Shown: piece after piece, positions 10,873 through 24,414 of the stretch
Layout of the letters: each line of letters starts with the position of its first letter
Position numbering within the stretch: position 1 is the first letter of the stretch
NCBI GenBank assembly: GCA_965287045.1
Contig: OZ336875.1
Coordinates: forward strand, 51,398,001-51,462,000
DNA: 64,000 nt
Origin: Carcharhinus amblyrhynchos
Taxonomy: Eukaryota
Reading direction: 5' to 3'
Translations under genes and position numbers: made by a program
The notes under the pieces: model-generated
Seen by the model: the letters and a program-made list of their open reading frames with translations, nothing else
Told to the model about the DNA's origin: nothing
Databases searched by the model: none

Positions 10873-12832
10873 AGAAAAATATTTCAATCTCTAATTTCCT
10901 AATACACGTGTTTTAATCCCCTTGAAGAAAATGTTAGCTGCTTGTGAGCTGGGGTAGTTTACAAATCAGATCAGCAATGTGTATTCTCTCAAGGGTAAAA
11001 GGCAAGTTAATTTGGCAGGAAATTAAAAATCTATGCACTATCCTGACACGTTTTAGCTCATCGTGCTGGATTATTAGTATCCATGACTGTGCATCTGGAG
11101 GTGATACAGTGCGTGACATATGATCCTGTTATGTAGGTGGATCCTTGTGCCTTGAAGATTAGGAACGGAGCATGTACTGGCAGTGAGTTTGAATCAAAAA
11201 TACTCAAACCTGTTTGAAATTCTTCCAAATGTCAGTTGTGATGGCAGGGTGTGATTAGATCAAGGACATATGTCTGCGTTTGATGAGTGTTTTCCCTGAC
11301 TTCAGACTGCTGATCTGTCTCAACAATGCACATGGAGGACTTGAGAGACATCGGGGCTGTGTTTAGTGGTTGCACATTCTTGCGGTGTCAGATTGTGAGT
11401 TAGTCTCAACTATACTCTTCAACATTGTTCTGCCTTGACTACAAGCCACAGAACCATTGTAAACTGCACCCCATCTTTCTTAAACTCTCAGCTAAAATCC
11501 ACTGTTCCAATTCTGAGAGAAAACTCTCATGACACGCAAATGCTCAAATGCATTACTCTTCAGTGCCCATGGTTCTGACTATAAGGTAAAGGGTCACAGC
11601 TGATTAACTGTGATGAACGTGCTTGATGGAGGGTTAAACCTACCAAGAATCAATTTGATCAGTTAAATGCAATTGTTTGAAAACTTGAAATGGATTCCCA
11701 CATCCCTCCCCTAAGTCATTTAACTTCAAAAACTTCCAAAGCGTTTAATGTTCAAAATGCCACGCCCAAGCCTTTCCGATTGCTATCCTCTCCCCTTCTG
11801 TTCCTCACCCAATATTCCTGATAAGAGGACCAGGATCTCAAAAACAAATAGAATCATTGTAAATTCTCAAACCATTCACCAAGCTCAGCGGAGCTGTTCT
11901 CTGCAGGAATAATAACTAAGCAGCAGCACATTTCACAAAGCTGCTTAAAATGTATCTCACTGGTAAACACGTAAAAATTTCAGTGCCGTTTTCCTAAAGG
12001 CAAACTCTTTACGCTTCCAGCAGCAAGAACAAACAGGAGAAGGAGTCCGTAATAATTTTCCTCTTAGAGACTAATTCAGTAGTGCACCCCCTCTCTTCTT
12101 TCCTAATTGAGAAGATAATTTAAACAGCCATACCTTTGGAGGAGGTGATGGTATTTAAGTAAGGTGATAATCTTTCTGACCGAGATATAAAAAAATCACT
12201 TCATTTCTTGAGGGTGTGTATGGTCTGGGTGTCATTTTATTGGCTGTAGGTAGACAGAATCCTCAGTACACTCCTACAGACCAGCAGTGCTGTTTGTGTG
12301 CACAGTTGCTCCAGAGCACTTGGTGCTGGTGCTCTGAATCATTCTTCAAGTGTAAGAGCGAACTTGAAACACAGACAGCTGTGTGGCATGAAAATCAATT
12401 CGCTCACACAACTTGGCATTGGAACAAAGACTTGCCAAGGTGAGCTATCCTAACTTTAAAGGGCAAAATCTTCATGCAAAATTATTTGACATGATTTCAA
12501 ACCAAAGGGAATGGAATTCTGATTGGCTCACTCTGTTGTCATCGGTGAGGCACTGCGGCTTGCTACACAAAGGAAAATGCAGCTTACATCAGGGTGCAGA
12601 GATAAGATTGTTTCGGACAAATGGCTCAGGCCTGCATCTGAGGCAATTCGCCCAATCTGCCTCTTGGAAGCAGAGCAGCACCTACTCACTCTATCAAAAG
12701 GCCACAAGGCCCGACAGGAGATGAAAATAAAACTGCAGTAAAGAGCCTCCAACTTCAATCAGTGTGATAACTTTGGTAGTATAAGATAAGCAATTCCCTC
12801 TGGGATCAATTGCCTCTGGCAAGCTCAAGGGA

Positions 12833-13660
12833 AACAACAACTTATATTTATACAGCACCATTAACATGATGAAATGTTCCAAGACATTTTCTCAGGAGAA
12901 TTCTAAAACAACTCTAATGCTGAGACACATATGGAGAGAACCGGGCAGATGACCCAAAAGCTTGGTCAATAAGGAATGTCTTAAAACAGGAAAGCAAGGT
13001 AGAGAGGGAATTCTAGAGCTTAAGACCTAGGCAACTGAAAACACAGTGATCAACAATACTCGAGAATGCTCAAGACACCAGATTTAGAGGAATGTTGTGA
13101 AATGTTGTGGGACTGAAGGCGATTCCAGAGATAGGGAAGACCGAAACCATAGAAAGTTTTGAAAACAAGGATGAAAGTTTTAAAATCAAGGTGTTGCTTT
13201 GCCAGGAGCCCAGGATGAGCAGAAAGCACAGAGGTGATAAGGAAACGTGAAATGGTGCAAGTTAAGGCACAGGCCACAGACTTTTGAATTTTCTCATGTT
13301 TTTGGAAGATAGAGTATGGGATATCAGCCAGCTGCACATTGGGATAGTCACATCCAGAGATAATAATGACATGATTGAGAGCTTCAGCAGCAGAGAAACA
13401 AGCAAGAGCAAAGATGGGCAATGGAGGTGGAAATAGGTTAGTCTTATTAATGATGTGAAATTGTGGCCAAAAGTTTATCTGAGGTCAAATATGATCCCAA
13501 AATTGCTAACAGTATGGCTTAGACACAGACACTGCCAGTCGGGAGAGGGGTGGAGTTGATTATAGGGAAGAGAGTTTTGAGCGGGGTCCAGGAACATTGG
13601 CTTCCGGTTTCCTCGTGTTTAATTTGCTCACCCAGTACTGCATGTTAGATACACAATTCC
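12833..13660 (-). mobile_element. L2 LINE 3' fragment
   Basis: ORF 13050-13421 (IQKSVACALT...LDFKTFILVFKTFYGFGLPYL) matches the L2 ORF2 C-terminus; tail GCTGTATAAATATAAGTTGTTGTT. Confidence 0.85.
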
Positions 13661-13828
13661 AAGGCCCGAGCTCAACGCATGTTAGTTCTGAGTTGGTGAG
13701 GCTTCTGCTGAGGCCAATTCAGAACAGAAAGAGTGGAATTTACTGCCTGGCTCAGGAACAACACCAAAATCTCTTTCTTCCCTTGCCCACCACACTGTGG
13801 TAAATGGAAGATCTATTCATGTGGCACA

Positions 13829-14160
13829 GGGTGGCACAGTGGTTAGCACTGCTACCTCACAGAAAGCCATTCGTCATAGTGCCTCACAGTGCCAGGGCTC
13901 CAGGTTCAATTCCAGCCTCGTGTCACTGCCAGTGTGGAGTTTTTACATTCTCCCCATGTCTGTGTGGATTTTCTCCGGGTGCTCTGGTTTCCTCCCACAC
14001 TCCAAAGATGTGTGAGTTATGTTGACTGTATCAGGGGGATTAGCAGGGTAAATACCTGGGGTTACAGGAATAAGGCCTGGGGGGGATTGTTGTTCGTGCA
14101 GGTTCAATAGGACGAATGAACTCCTTCTGCACTGGTAGGGATTCTGTGATTCTACGATTT
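13829..14160 (+). mobile_element. HE1-type SINE, tail A
   Basis: GGTGGCACAGTGGTTAGCACTGC head with a small internal duplication; tail CTCCTTCTGCACTGGTAGGGATTCTGTGATTCTA. Confidence 0.9.
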
Positions 14161-14861
14161 ATGTTAACAAATCCATTAGTTCATTAGATTATATCTGCCT
14201 ATTAGAGTCACTCCAACAGGGCATGAGAGTTGTGCTAACCTGAAGTTGTTAAATATTGACTAATGGCTAATACTTGTTTCACAGTCATTTCTTTTGTCTC
14301 AAGACACATTTAAGAGCAGCATACCCTTTTTCTTCTCCTAATTTATCAGGCTTCATTAGTTTTATTTATTTAATTTTATTAGGTAATTTTATTGGCTTAA
14401 CCAGAAAAGTGAAGGGGGTATTTTTCAGCAGAAGATTTGAAAGGACTCCATGGCAGGGACCTTCAGCTGCAAGGTTAGTTTTGCCCACATTTACTGCAAG
14501 ATGCCATCTTGGTAAAGGGACTGAAGACTGCATTCAGATTAACTGCCCAGAACCTGCTTTTAACAGTTATTTGCCTCTTTAAATGCCTGCTGGCACTCAT
14601 CAATGAGGTTGAATCATATTTTGGCAGCTGACATTTCAACTGATGCCCTCTTAACAGCAACCAGCTGCTTAGGAATAAACATGGAATTGTTGCTAACTCA
14701 CTTAAAAGGGACACTCTCCGTTTCATTATCAATTGCTACTGGAACTGTGAAGAGGATTTGTAAAACATATTGGAAATTTCTAGAATGCTTTGTCAAGGCA
14801 TCACCACAAGTCATGTAACGTTTATTCTGGGAACTCTCGAAGAGGTTCACCCAAAAAGCAT

Positions 14862-14925
14862 AAAGAACAAAGAACAACACAGCACAGGAAACAGGCCCTT
14901 CGGCCCAACAAGCCCACGCCGCCAT
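14862..14925 (-). mobile_element. Short CR1-type 3' tail
   Basis: AAAGAACAAAGAACAACACAGCACAGGAAACAGGCCCTTCGGCCCAAC; near-identical to the insert at 4431-4490. Confidence 0.75.
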
Positions 14926-15339
14926 TTTAACATTCAGTGAGCGCCTCATTCCAATCCTTCTACGACTTTTGCCTACACCTCTTGGACTCCATGACAAAGA
15001 TGTGCAAATTTAGAGAATTATACGTGTGCCAGATTGAAGGAGGTCTAATTTAGGAACAATTTGTTAACACCAATCAGCCTAAAAGCACGCTTTTTGGGCT
15101 TTCTCTTTGTGCATTCCCGCTGAATGCAGGAGATATCTCAGCACAAGGTATACAACAGGGGATGTGCTTTATGGAGTCACTAGGAGAAAGTGAGTGCAAG
15201 GACATGGGTATCTTGCAAGGGGTGGCCATTAGTCAGGGCAAGGAATGAAATCAGTAAATGAGGGCCAGGCAGTAAAGCACCACCTGCTGCAGGAGAGAGA
15301 AGGAGAAGAGGGCAAGGAGGATGCAGTTGTGTCCTTCCC

Positions 15340-15443
15340 TCCTTCATTTATAGGACATCACTCCTTCTCTAGACCTCCTCCAGCAACTTCTCCAGTGAAA
15401 GAACTGAGAACCTGTTAATTTTCTCACTTGGTCCCTGAGCCAT
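15340..15443 (-). mobile_element. Harbinger Myb/SANT ORF N-terminal remnant
   Basis: Reverse strand MAQGPSEKINRFSVLSLEKLLEEV*RRSDVL; similar to the ORF at 58185. Confidence 0.55.
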
Positions 15444-15774
15444 CCTGCAATATGCCATTGTGTCCCAACCAGAGAACTCCGCATCTTCAGTGTGAGTCTG
15501 TGAGTGGAACCCCATATCCAGTTCCATGAAAACTGGATCTAATTAACAGTTAACTGCTAAACTGGAGGCTTCTGTTTTAGCACCTGCAATTATGATAATT
15601 AGCAATTAAGACAAAATTTGTCTTCACATTCCAATCGTTCAAACATGTCAGCACTGCACAAACCTATTGTCATTTTAACTACCCACATCCCCCAACCCCC
15701 AGCAGAGGTTTAACTCCGTAATAACATATTTATTAGCTGGATGTCACAACTACATTTAGCCATTATTTTGAAGG

Positions 15775-16003
15775 AACAGTAAATAATCTAGAAATTTGGA
15801 ATTATCTGTCCTAAAATGTTGCAGACATTGGTACAACTTAAGCTTTCAAGAGTGAGAATTTTTTTTAAGCTATGAATAATCAAGATATGTGAATGTAAAG
15901 AACCTTAAGGTGAATGAAGTTGTGGTGAAGATCAGCCATGATTTAATTGAATGAGAAAGCAGGTTTGAGGGGCTGAAAGGCCTATGCCTGTTATGATATT
16001 CCT
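15775..16003 (+). mobile_element. Old CR1 3' end
   Basis: AGATCAGCCATGATTTAATTGAATG...GAGGGGCTGAAAGGCCTA tail. Confidence 0.75.
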
Positions 16004-16899
16004 ATGATTGTTCATTTTTAAAGAAATTTGACTGAGCTCTTTGATTCCCTAGATCATCACATTTTATCCCCAGTGTTGTAAAGGACAAGGTAAGCAGGAG
16101 GCCTGCTCCCCCAATATCCCTGTCAGACTCAGCTACCATTATAGTGAGTTGACAAACCCAGACATTGCAAGACCAGCCTGCCACATTCAGCCATTCTGGT
16201 CCAAGATCAGTGACAAGGTTGAACAACTAGAACAACAATCCTCTGACCTAGCTCAACACCCCAAAGTGACCTGGCTAATATAGGTATTACTTATTTCTGT
16301 TTACCATATGTCTACTTGGTTTCCCCCCCACATTGCATGCTTCAATGCTATCGGTTTAAATTTGTATTACCTAAAAATGGAATAAGCCAACATAATCTAC
16401 ATTTTAATAAATATGGGTTATTCTATTATGAGGATTCACACATTAATACTTCCCAGGCCTGGTTTTAAAGTGATTCAAGCCCCCTACAAAGAAACATGCA
16501 GTATGTTCCTCTATAAAGTCTGGCCAATTGGGTGAAATACAGATGGGTCAGCTGTGCCAGATGATTAGGACCTTGAAGGGAAAAAACTGGAGGAAAAGTA
16601 TTTTAAAAAGCCACAGTCATGAAATCATGTGCCTTTCATTACCTCAATGAGCCATTTATATTCCATGGTTCTGGTTCTAATGTTCATTATTTGCCTGAGC
16701 TGATTCCTGCTCTAAGAGAGTCCACATAGTTAACACTGTACAACAAATCCACTTAACTTCATTTTTTCGCATTGGTAATTCCATTTCTTTTCCCAGCCAA
16801 CATTCTATCCTCCCTTCACTGACATGGGCCTTCTCGCTGCATCACAATCCCGCAGCTTGAGCTTTCAGCATGGAGCTTCAGATGGCAATTCATCTACAG

Positions 16900-17090
16900 A
16901 AGCTTCGTTGCCAGGCCAAATCTTGACCTGACCTGACACGAGCATTGAACACTGACAGATTTATCTTCTGTATCACCAATGGACACTGAGGCCAATTGTG
17001 AACAGCACTGCTGAGATCAACAGATTCAGTACATACAAAAGTACTATCCCTTCTGGCTTGTATAGCTTAGGTTACTCACTGGCAAAACTC
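16900..17090 (-). mobile_element. Old SINE-like repeat
   Basis: Reverse strand GATCTCAGCAGTG...ACAATTGGCCTCAGTGTCC; resembles 53785-54090. Confidence 0.45.
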
Positions 17091-18139
17091 ACTTGAGCTG
17101 TAGCCCCTATTCACTGCCACAAATTTCTCAGTTCTTTGAATGTTACTATTCTGCGAGGAACACCTTGGCAATTCCAGCATCCACAGTATTTTGCCTTTAC
17201 CTTGGCAATTGGCTTGGTGTCATTACCACCTCAGGCGTATTCATAGGAGTGGCCTTTTATGTCACTGAATGCCAGGCAGAGATTGCAGCCACAACATGGC
17301 AAATTATTCATCTGTGCCATGCCAGGAAGAGGAAAGCTCACTCCCTCATGGTAAAAAAAGTCATTTTTCTGTGCATCTCATAATAGTCAAGCTAAAGAGC
17401 AGATCCTCAGATGTCAGAGTCCTGTGTAACAAAGAGAGACTTGAAAGAGAGCATCTTAAACTGGGGTCGGATGAGCAAACAGAAATCAGTGACCTCCAAA
17501 GGTGATAAGAAGTCATGCCCTGAGAAGCTTGCATTAGTTAACATTACATCAGGTCACAAACTCCCAATGGATCCACCCCACTTGATAAGATCACATATTA
17601 CTTTAGATCTATATTTCCTCCTGTCGCGACAATCTGATCTTATCAGCTTTTTGATAAAATAAGAAAAAGAATTTGCTACAAATGTTTCTCGTGATGAAGT
17701 GCATGATTAAGTTTCCCTACCTTAAGTGTAGATTGTATTATTAAGAAAGCAATTTGAGCTCAACCTCAATAATCTGAAATTCTACTCAGTATCTAGTCAA
17801 ATCCTTACTCAGGAAGCAGTAAATATGTAACACCATGCTAGCCTTTCTTGGTGCCCCAGAAATTGCATCCAAAAATATGTTTTTCTTTAACCAGCCATTT
17901 CATTTTGTTTTAAAGATCTCAGCTGTTTGCTGCCACAACTTCCCTCAGTCAGCAATTCCAAAAACTTTTGTTCTTTCTATATGCTTAAATAGCTCTTTGC
18001 TCAGCCAGCAGACATGTCCTCTCATTTTATTGTGTTTTGCCAATGCATATAGTCCAACTGACCCTTAACATTTTTGAGCATTAATAATTATTTAAATCTC
18101 AGCTATGTCTTCTTTCCTGCATTTCCTCTCCAACTGGAA

Positions 18140-19625
18140 TGAAATAGAAGCGTGATGGAATATTCCCCACTTGCCTGCTTGACTGCAGCGCCAACCACAG
18201 TCTAGAAGATCAACACCATCCACAATAAAGAAGCCCACTTCACTGGCACCCCATTTACTACTTTAAACTTCGATTCACTCCAACTCCTACACACAATGGC
18301 AGCAGTATTCACTGTCTATATTCCACAAGATGCACTGGGCACTCACCAAGGCCCCTTCAACAGGACCTTCCAAACCCGCAATCTCTACCACCTCAAAATG
18401 ACAAGGATAATAGGTGCATGAGAACACCATTGCCTGCAGCTTTACCTCCAAGCTATACACCATCCTAACTTGGAAATATATTGTCATTCTTTCACTGTCA
18501 TTGGGTCATTAGAACGCCCTAATATTATTATTATCACTTGATTTATTACTGTCACATTTATTAACATACAGTAAAAAGTGTTGTTTCTTGCACGCTGTAC
18601 AGACAAAACATACCATTCATAGAGGAGAAAACAAGAGAGTGCAGAATGTAATGTTACAGTCATAGCTAGGGCGTAGAGAAAGCTCAACTTAATGCAAGAT
18701 AAGTCCATTCAAAAGTCTGACAGCAGCAGGGCAGAAGCTGTCCTTGAGTCAGTTGGTACGTGACCTCAGACCTTTGTACCTTTTTCCCAAAGGAAGAAGG
18801 TGGAAGAGAGAACGTAGAGGGTTCATGGGGTCTTTAATTATGCTGGCTGCTTTGCCAAGGCAGTGGGAAGTGTAGACAGGGTCAATGGATGGGAGGCTGG
18901 TTTGAGTGATGGATTGGGCTACATTCATAACTTTTTATAGTTCCTTGTGGTCTTGGGCAGAGTAGGAGCCATACCAAGCTGTAGAAAGAATGCTTTCTAT
19001 GGTGCATCTGTAAAAGTTGGTGAGAGTGATAGCTGACATGCCAAATTTCCTTAGTCTTTTAAGAAAGTAGAGGCATTGGAGGGCTTTCTTAACTATAGTG
19101 TTGGTATGGGGGGGGACCAGAATAAATTGTTGATGATCTAGACACCTAAAAGCTTGAAGCTCTCTACCCTTTCTACTTCATCCCTGTAATGTAGACAGAA
19201 GCATGTTCTCCTTTACACTTCCTGAAATTGATGACAATCTGCTTTGTTTTGTTGACATTGAGGAAGAGATTATTGTTGCCACACCAGTTCACCAGATTCC
19301 TTATCTCATTCCTGTACTCTGTCTTGTCACTGTTTGAGATCCGACCCACTACAGCGGTGTCGTCAGCAAACTTGAAAATCGAATTGGAAGGGAATTTGGC
19401 CACACCGTCATAGGTATATAAGGGTACAATAGGGGATGGAGAACACAGCCTTGTGAGGCACCGGTGTTAAGAATGATCGTGGAGGAGGTGTTATTGCCTA
19501 ATAGCACTGTGGGTGTACCTACAGTAGACAGCTTGCAGCAGTTCAAGGAAACAGTTCACCACCATCTTCTCAAGGGCAATAAATACTGACCTAGCCAGTG
19601 ACTCTGTCATTCCATAAATTTTTTT
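18140..19625 (+). mobile_element. CR1/L2-group (Crack/Daphne-like) LINE 3' part, split by a Rex1/Babar insertion
   Basis: VMEYSPLA...APTTV*KINTIHNKEAH on the left; resumes NSTVGVPT...LQQFKETVHHHLLKGN and tail at 19501. Confidence 0.8.
18525..19496 (-). mobile_element. Rex1/Babar LINE, 5'-truncated
   Basis: NTGASQGCVL, NSIFKFADDTAVVGRISN, WCGNNNLFLNVNKTK; flanked by CCTAATA at 18518-18524 and 19497-19503. Confidence 0.9.
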
Positions 19626-20609
19626 TTTAGCTTTGCACTTTTTCCCATGCGCTTTTTTTCAACTTCCATATAATCTTTGCAACCCCCCCCCCCGTATCTT
19701 TGATTTAAGCTTTGCCATATCCCATCAGTAGTGCAGGCTCCAGAACTGTACACAGTAGTCCAGGTATGATCTAACTAGTGCTTTGTGTGTTAACAAGGTT
19801 ACGTTCTATGATTTACACATTTTCTTTTTTGATAGAAGCCATTGTTTTGATACCCTGAGAGATCAGTTTACTTGGATTTTCAAACCTCTTCTAGATCATT
19901 TATATTAAAAAATATAAATCACTCAACACACTCCTCAATTCACAATACTTCCCAACCCTGCTCTTTCTTTATTGTTTCACATTGCATTCGGACAGCTGTT
20001 ACGCAGCCACTCACATTTCATCTGGACACATCTCATTCCATTACTTCATCCACGACCACAAAATCACTCAATCACTCCTGCTCTTACTTCCTATCACAGA
20101 TCTTCCCTTTTGTCCTGCCCCCCTCTTTCACTTGCCACAGACTTATTGCACCAGGTCCCCTGAAGGCACATCTCACTTCCTTTCCACCTTATTCACCAAG
20201 ACATCCATTGCAGTGTTGGAAGACCTGAGTGTATGCTCTCTATCATGTTCAGCTATTCTCCCCTTGTTCCCTGGTCAGATTGAACTCATTAAACTCCCAG
20301 CATCTTTCTTCAACCACACTACAACACCCCTTGAAGAGTTGCAGACTAACATTAAGTAGTGCAGGCTACCTTTAATATTACTAAGTAAAGATTTTTGATC
20401 ATGGTGTTGGTGACTGTAGTCATTTGGCAGCTTGTTAACATGCACAAATCATGATAATCAGCAAGCATATTCCTGCATTTCATCAAACAATTGCAGGACA
20501 ATGTGTATCCCACTCGCCACACACATTTTGATTAATATCCAATTTAACTCTATTGAATCTCCCATGGAATACATTGGGGAATATAATATCTTTGTCAGTC
20601 TGCCTATCA

Positions 20610-20915
20610 ATAAAACCAAGGACCCATCTGTCTGTTCGGGTGGAGGTAAACAATCCCATACTATTTTGAAGAAGAGCAGGGGAGTTATCCTCAGTAGCAT
20701 GGCCAATATTTATCCCTTAAACAACATCACAAAAAGAACAAATTATCTGGTCATCATCACACTGCTGTTTTTGGGACTTTTGTTGAGTTCACATTCGTTG
20801 CTGTATTTCCTACATTGCAATAGTGACCACATTTCAAAAAAATACTTCACTGAGTGTAAAATGCTTTGAGATATTGGTGGCTGAGAAAAGTGTTACACAA
20901 ATGCAAATCTTTCTT
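20610..20915 (+). mobile_element. Deu-domain SINE (SacSINE1/AmnSINE1-like) 3' half
   Basis: ATCCCATACTATTTTGAAGAAGAGCAGGGGAGTTATCC...GGCCAATATTTATCCC...ATTATCTGGTCATCATCAC and an L2-like tail. Confidence 0.85.
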
Positions 20916-21129
20916 TTTCTTCCTGACTCTCTTGTCATCCTATTGCTTTCTTTCCTTCTTACGGTTCACTCTCTCCTATTCCTACTCACACCTATCACTC
21001 ATGTTATTTGTTCTCCTTTATGCTTTATGCCATTCTGCTTTATGCATGAATGACTTAGACAGTGTACCAGAGTCAGGACCAGAAGCTCAACCATTTTTAC
21101 TTAAGTTGCCATTGCCAAGCTTCCAAAAC

Positions 21130-21570
21130 AACCAATACGGAGATGCCCAACACTCCGAGAGAGTCACAGCCGAGACAAATTGGCCCTGTAACCAGAATGC
21201 CTGACATTCACTTAAAAGAGTGAATCCTCTACTTGAGCTTGGGTCTGAGTTCACTATCATGAGCCCATCTGAAGCACTACTAGGGCACTCTGAAAGCAAT
21301 ACTTGGGAGTTTTAATATCAACCGAAAGTCTTGAGAGATCTTTGTTGCACCTAGCCAGACCAAAGAAGAAAGAGCGCAGCCTCCTTTGAAAGCAAATACA
21401 CATCAGAAGCAGAGGAAAAATGCGCAGAGAGAAAATCCCAACCAGCAGCTTGTCCTAAACTCAATCGTCCATGGCATCCTTTCTGTTGGCAGGGGAAACT
21501 TCCAAGCACAGATTGACCTTAACAGTGTCCTACATATCCACTGGAACCATACGAATCACCCCAGGTGATG
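21130..21570 (+). mobile_element. RTE LINE ORF C-terminal remnant
   Basis: VTRMPDIHL...TLKAILGSFNI...SFESKYTSEAEEKCAERK...FQAQIDLNSVLHIH, a decayed RTE C-terminus with Zn-finger-like end. Confidence 0.7.
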
Positions 21571-21751
21571 AATATGGTCAATCTTTGCCTCAAAGGACAA
21601 ATTACTGTGTGGCATCTACAGTTAGATTATTTATGTTTTCTGTCAGGTGCACTTAAGCAAATTAATTCAAAGTTTTCTGTTTGCCTCAAAATGCAAATTT
21701 TTTTTAATTGCTAAAATTAAGATTCTGTTGCCTTTTCTTTATCTCTGTGAT

Positions 21752-22038
21752 AAAGTTTATTTATTAGTGTCACACGTAGGCTTACATTAACACTGTAATG
21801 AAGTTACAGTGAAAATCCCCTAGTTGCCACACTCCGGCACCTGTTCAGGAACACCGAGGGAGAATTTAGCATGGCCAATGCACGTCGTTTGGACTGTGGG
21901 AGGAAACCGGAGCTCCTGGAGGAAATTCACACAGACACAGGAAGAACATGCAGACTCTGCACAGACAGTGATCCAAGCTGGGAATACGAACCCAGGTCCC
22001 TGGTGCTGTGAGGCAGCAGTGCTAACCACTGTGCTGCC
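21752..22038 (-). mobile_element. HE1-type SINE, tail B
   Basis: tRNA head, central block and tail B on the reverse strand. Confidence 0.9.
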
Positions 22039-24414
22039 AGATAGCCCAAGGGATTGGTGACCACTAAGTTTGGTAACTAAACAAACTATTTGTTGTAATG
22101 AATAAACTATGTGTGAAGTGCAGGAAATGTGCTACCGACTACTTCAACTCCAGTCTCCGTTATGACTGAGAAAGCCCACACTCGGCCTCAAGATTCACAC
22201 TCTTCGACCAGATTGGGTTACATAACTTCCCCCATCCCCCCAAAAACAAAACCTCTCCCCTGAAAGGGGCTTGCTACTACATAAACTATCTGAAGTTTAT
22301 GGAACACAACAGCCACATTGATGTGCAGCTAATGTAAGATGATTTTTAAAAAGAAAAATTAATAAATTCTTCAAAATTTGTCTTCTGGCAGAAGCAATGG
22401 AACATAAACACATGAAAGCTGAAAAATGATAGCCCAACAGTACGGTACTGATGTATTCTGAGAAATTAGAGGCACCGCACATGCTCAGACTGCATAACCT
22501 GAACTCAACCAGACGCATCGTTCAAAGTTAAACGATCAAATCCAAACCCAAACTTTAGGGAGAGGCTGAGGTCTTCAAATTAAAACATCACAAGATCGAA
22601 AAGACAATTACACTTAACTACGGTCTTGTAATATGTAATTTGGGGAATTTTTAAATTTCAGTTAATGTTTTACTTTGGACATCATACATTTATTACTGAG
22701 AAAGCAATGGACAAGGTCTTTCCAAAAACATGCTTGTGGAGTAAACATAACATTACAGCATGTGATAGAGTTATAGAGAGGTATCACAGGTCAGTGATCA
22801 CATCGACTTTGGAAATACTATTATGGTGCCACCTACGGGAGTTATGGGGAAATGTAGCAGGGAAATGTGGACATTTTCACATTGGAATTTCCTCAGGGAA
22901 TATTAAAGGAACAGTTTTCAATATACTTGACGACGAGTATGCTAGCTTTAACATACAAGAGACATGAGTCCATTCCATTTTGGACAGGCTTGACATAGAA
23001 TCTACATTCTGAAGAATCTGAATGGGCTTGAAATGCCTTTGAATTCCAAAGGCCAAGATTACAGCAAAGATATTTTACCAAGTACCAGTTGAAGTGCCAG
23101 TAAAGTAGGAAGAAAAGCCTAAACCACAGTGAACTACAACGTGTCCTCATTGCTACAGGTTGCCGTATTGCAAAGTGCCATTGTTTTCTCCAATTCTGGC
23201 AACAGCTCCATTATTAGTTTCCTAAAACTCTGCGGCCTGTGTTGCTGGAGCCAAGTTTCAATGCTGGAACTCATGCAGCAGGCTGCAAGCCAGAAGTAAA
23301 GTAGGTAAGATTTGCTGCAGTCAATGGCTTGAACATTCCTGTTACAATAGAGAAGTACAGTCCATTCCACCTTTTGAGAATAGAGATGAACTCTGTCCCA
23401 GAGAGGGGAATGGAAGTAAAAGGGGGAAAAGTGTAATGTGCTTTCAGGAGCACAAAAGAAGCGTTTAGATAGTCTCACACTGTTCCTGGCAAACAGACGT
23501 CCCAAGCAAAGACTTCCCTCAAATTCCTCTCTAATTGGTAGATTTTTGGCAATCTCATCCAGAGAGAGGCCATGAAGATAGAAGAGCGTGGGAAAAGTAA
23601 ATATCATATTGGTGAGGTAGGGATACTCAGTTGAGCCGTTAGCTGATTGCAGGAAAGTTGGCAAATGCAATACCTGATTACTTAAAGCTGGAAATCTAGA
23701 AAAATGTTCCACTTTTCAATGTTGACATCTTTGACACTGGTGAGCAGTAACATGGTCAACCATATCAGCGGGTTAACTACCAGGCAAAGTTCTCTTAAAT
23801 TTACCAACTGCACACATGAAACATCGAGCCAAACAGGATACTTTCATTTTTTTTAGAAGAAGGAACAATGAAGTGAGCCGCACTACAGCAGTGATACAAT
23901 AGTACATGGTTCAAAGAAAGTTCATATATTTTTCTGAGAAAATTGTTGCATTATTAAAACAAAAATGACAATGAAGCATTTTCCTCTAAGGCTTAGTAGC
24001 GGCACCTATACTTATACTTGTACCAATACGCACAATTTTCACATGAAATACACTTATTGAAAACATTAAAAGCCAAGAGCAAGAAAAGCTCATTTGTCTA
24101 TAAAAATTCATCCCTCTGATAGACTAGTTCACCCATAGTAGTAATTGTTGCTATATCTGGAAAACTTAATATTAGCCCCATAGCCTTTTTTTAATCAGCT
24201 TAACAAAGCAGACTTGTATGCATTCACACTTAAAATAGCCATGCAACTGAATGGAACATTTAAGGTCAGTGGGTAATTTCAGTTATGATATCTTTAAATG
24301 GATAAAAAATTCAATGAAAAACAACCATCACTTAAGAAAGAAAGTAAAAACAACAAGAATAAAATATTTACAATCTGCACAAAGAAGGTTATTATGGCCA
24401 GAAAGTGAGAATAG

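Noticed and set aside
16797-16931. Acceptor-like TTCTTTTCCCAG followed by a 44-codon open frame
   Set aside because: No recognisable protein, no partner exon, and the end overlaps an old repeat.
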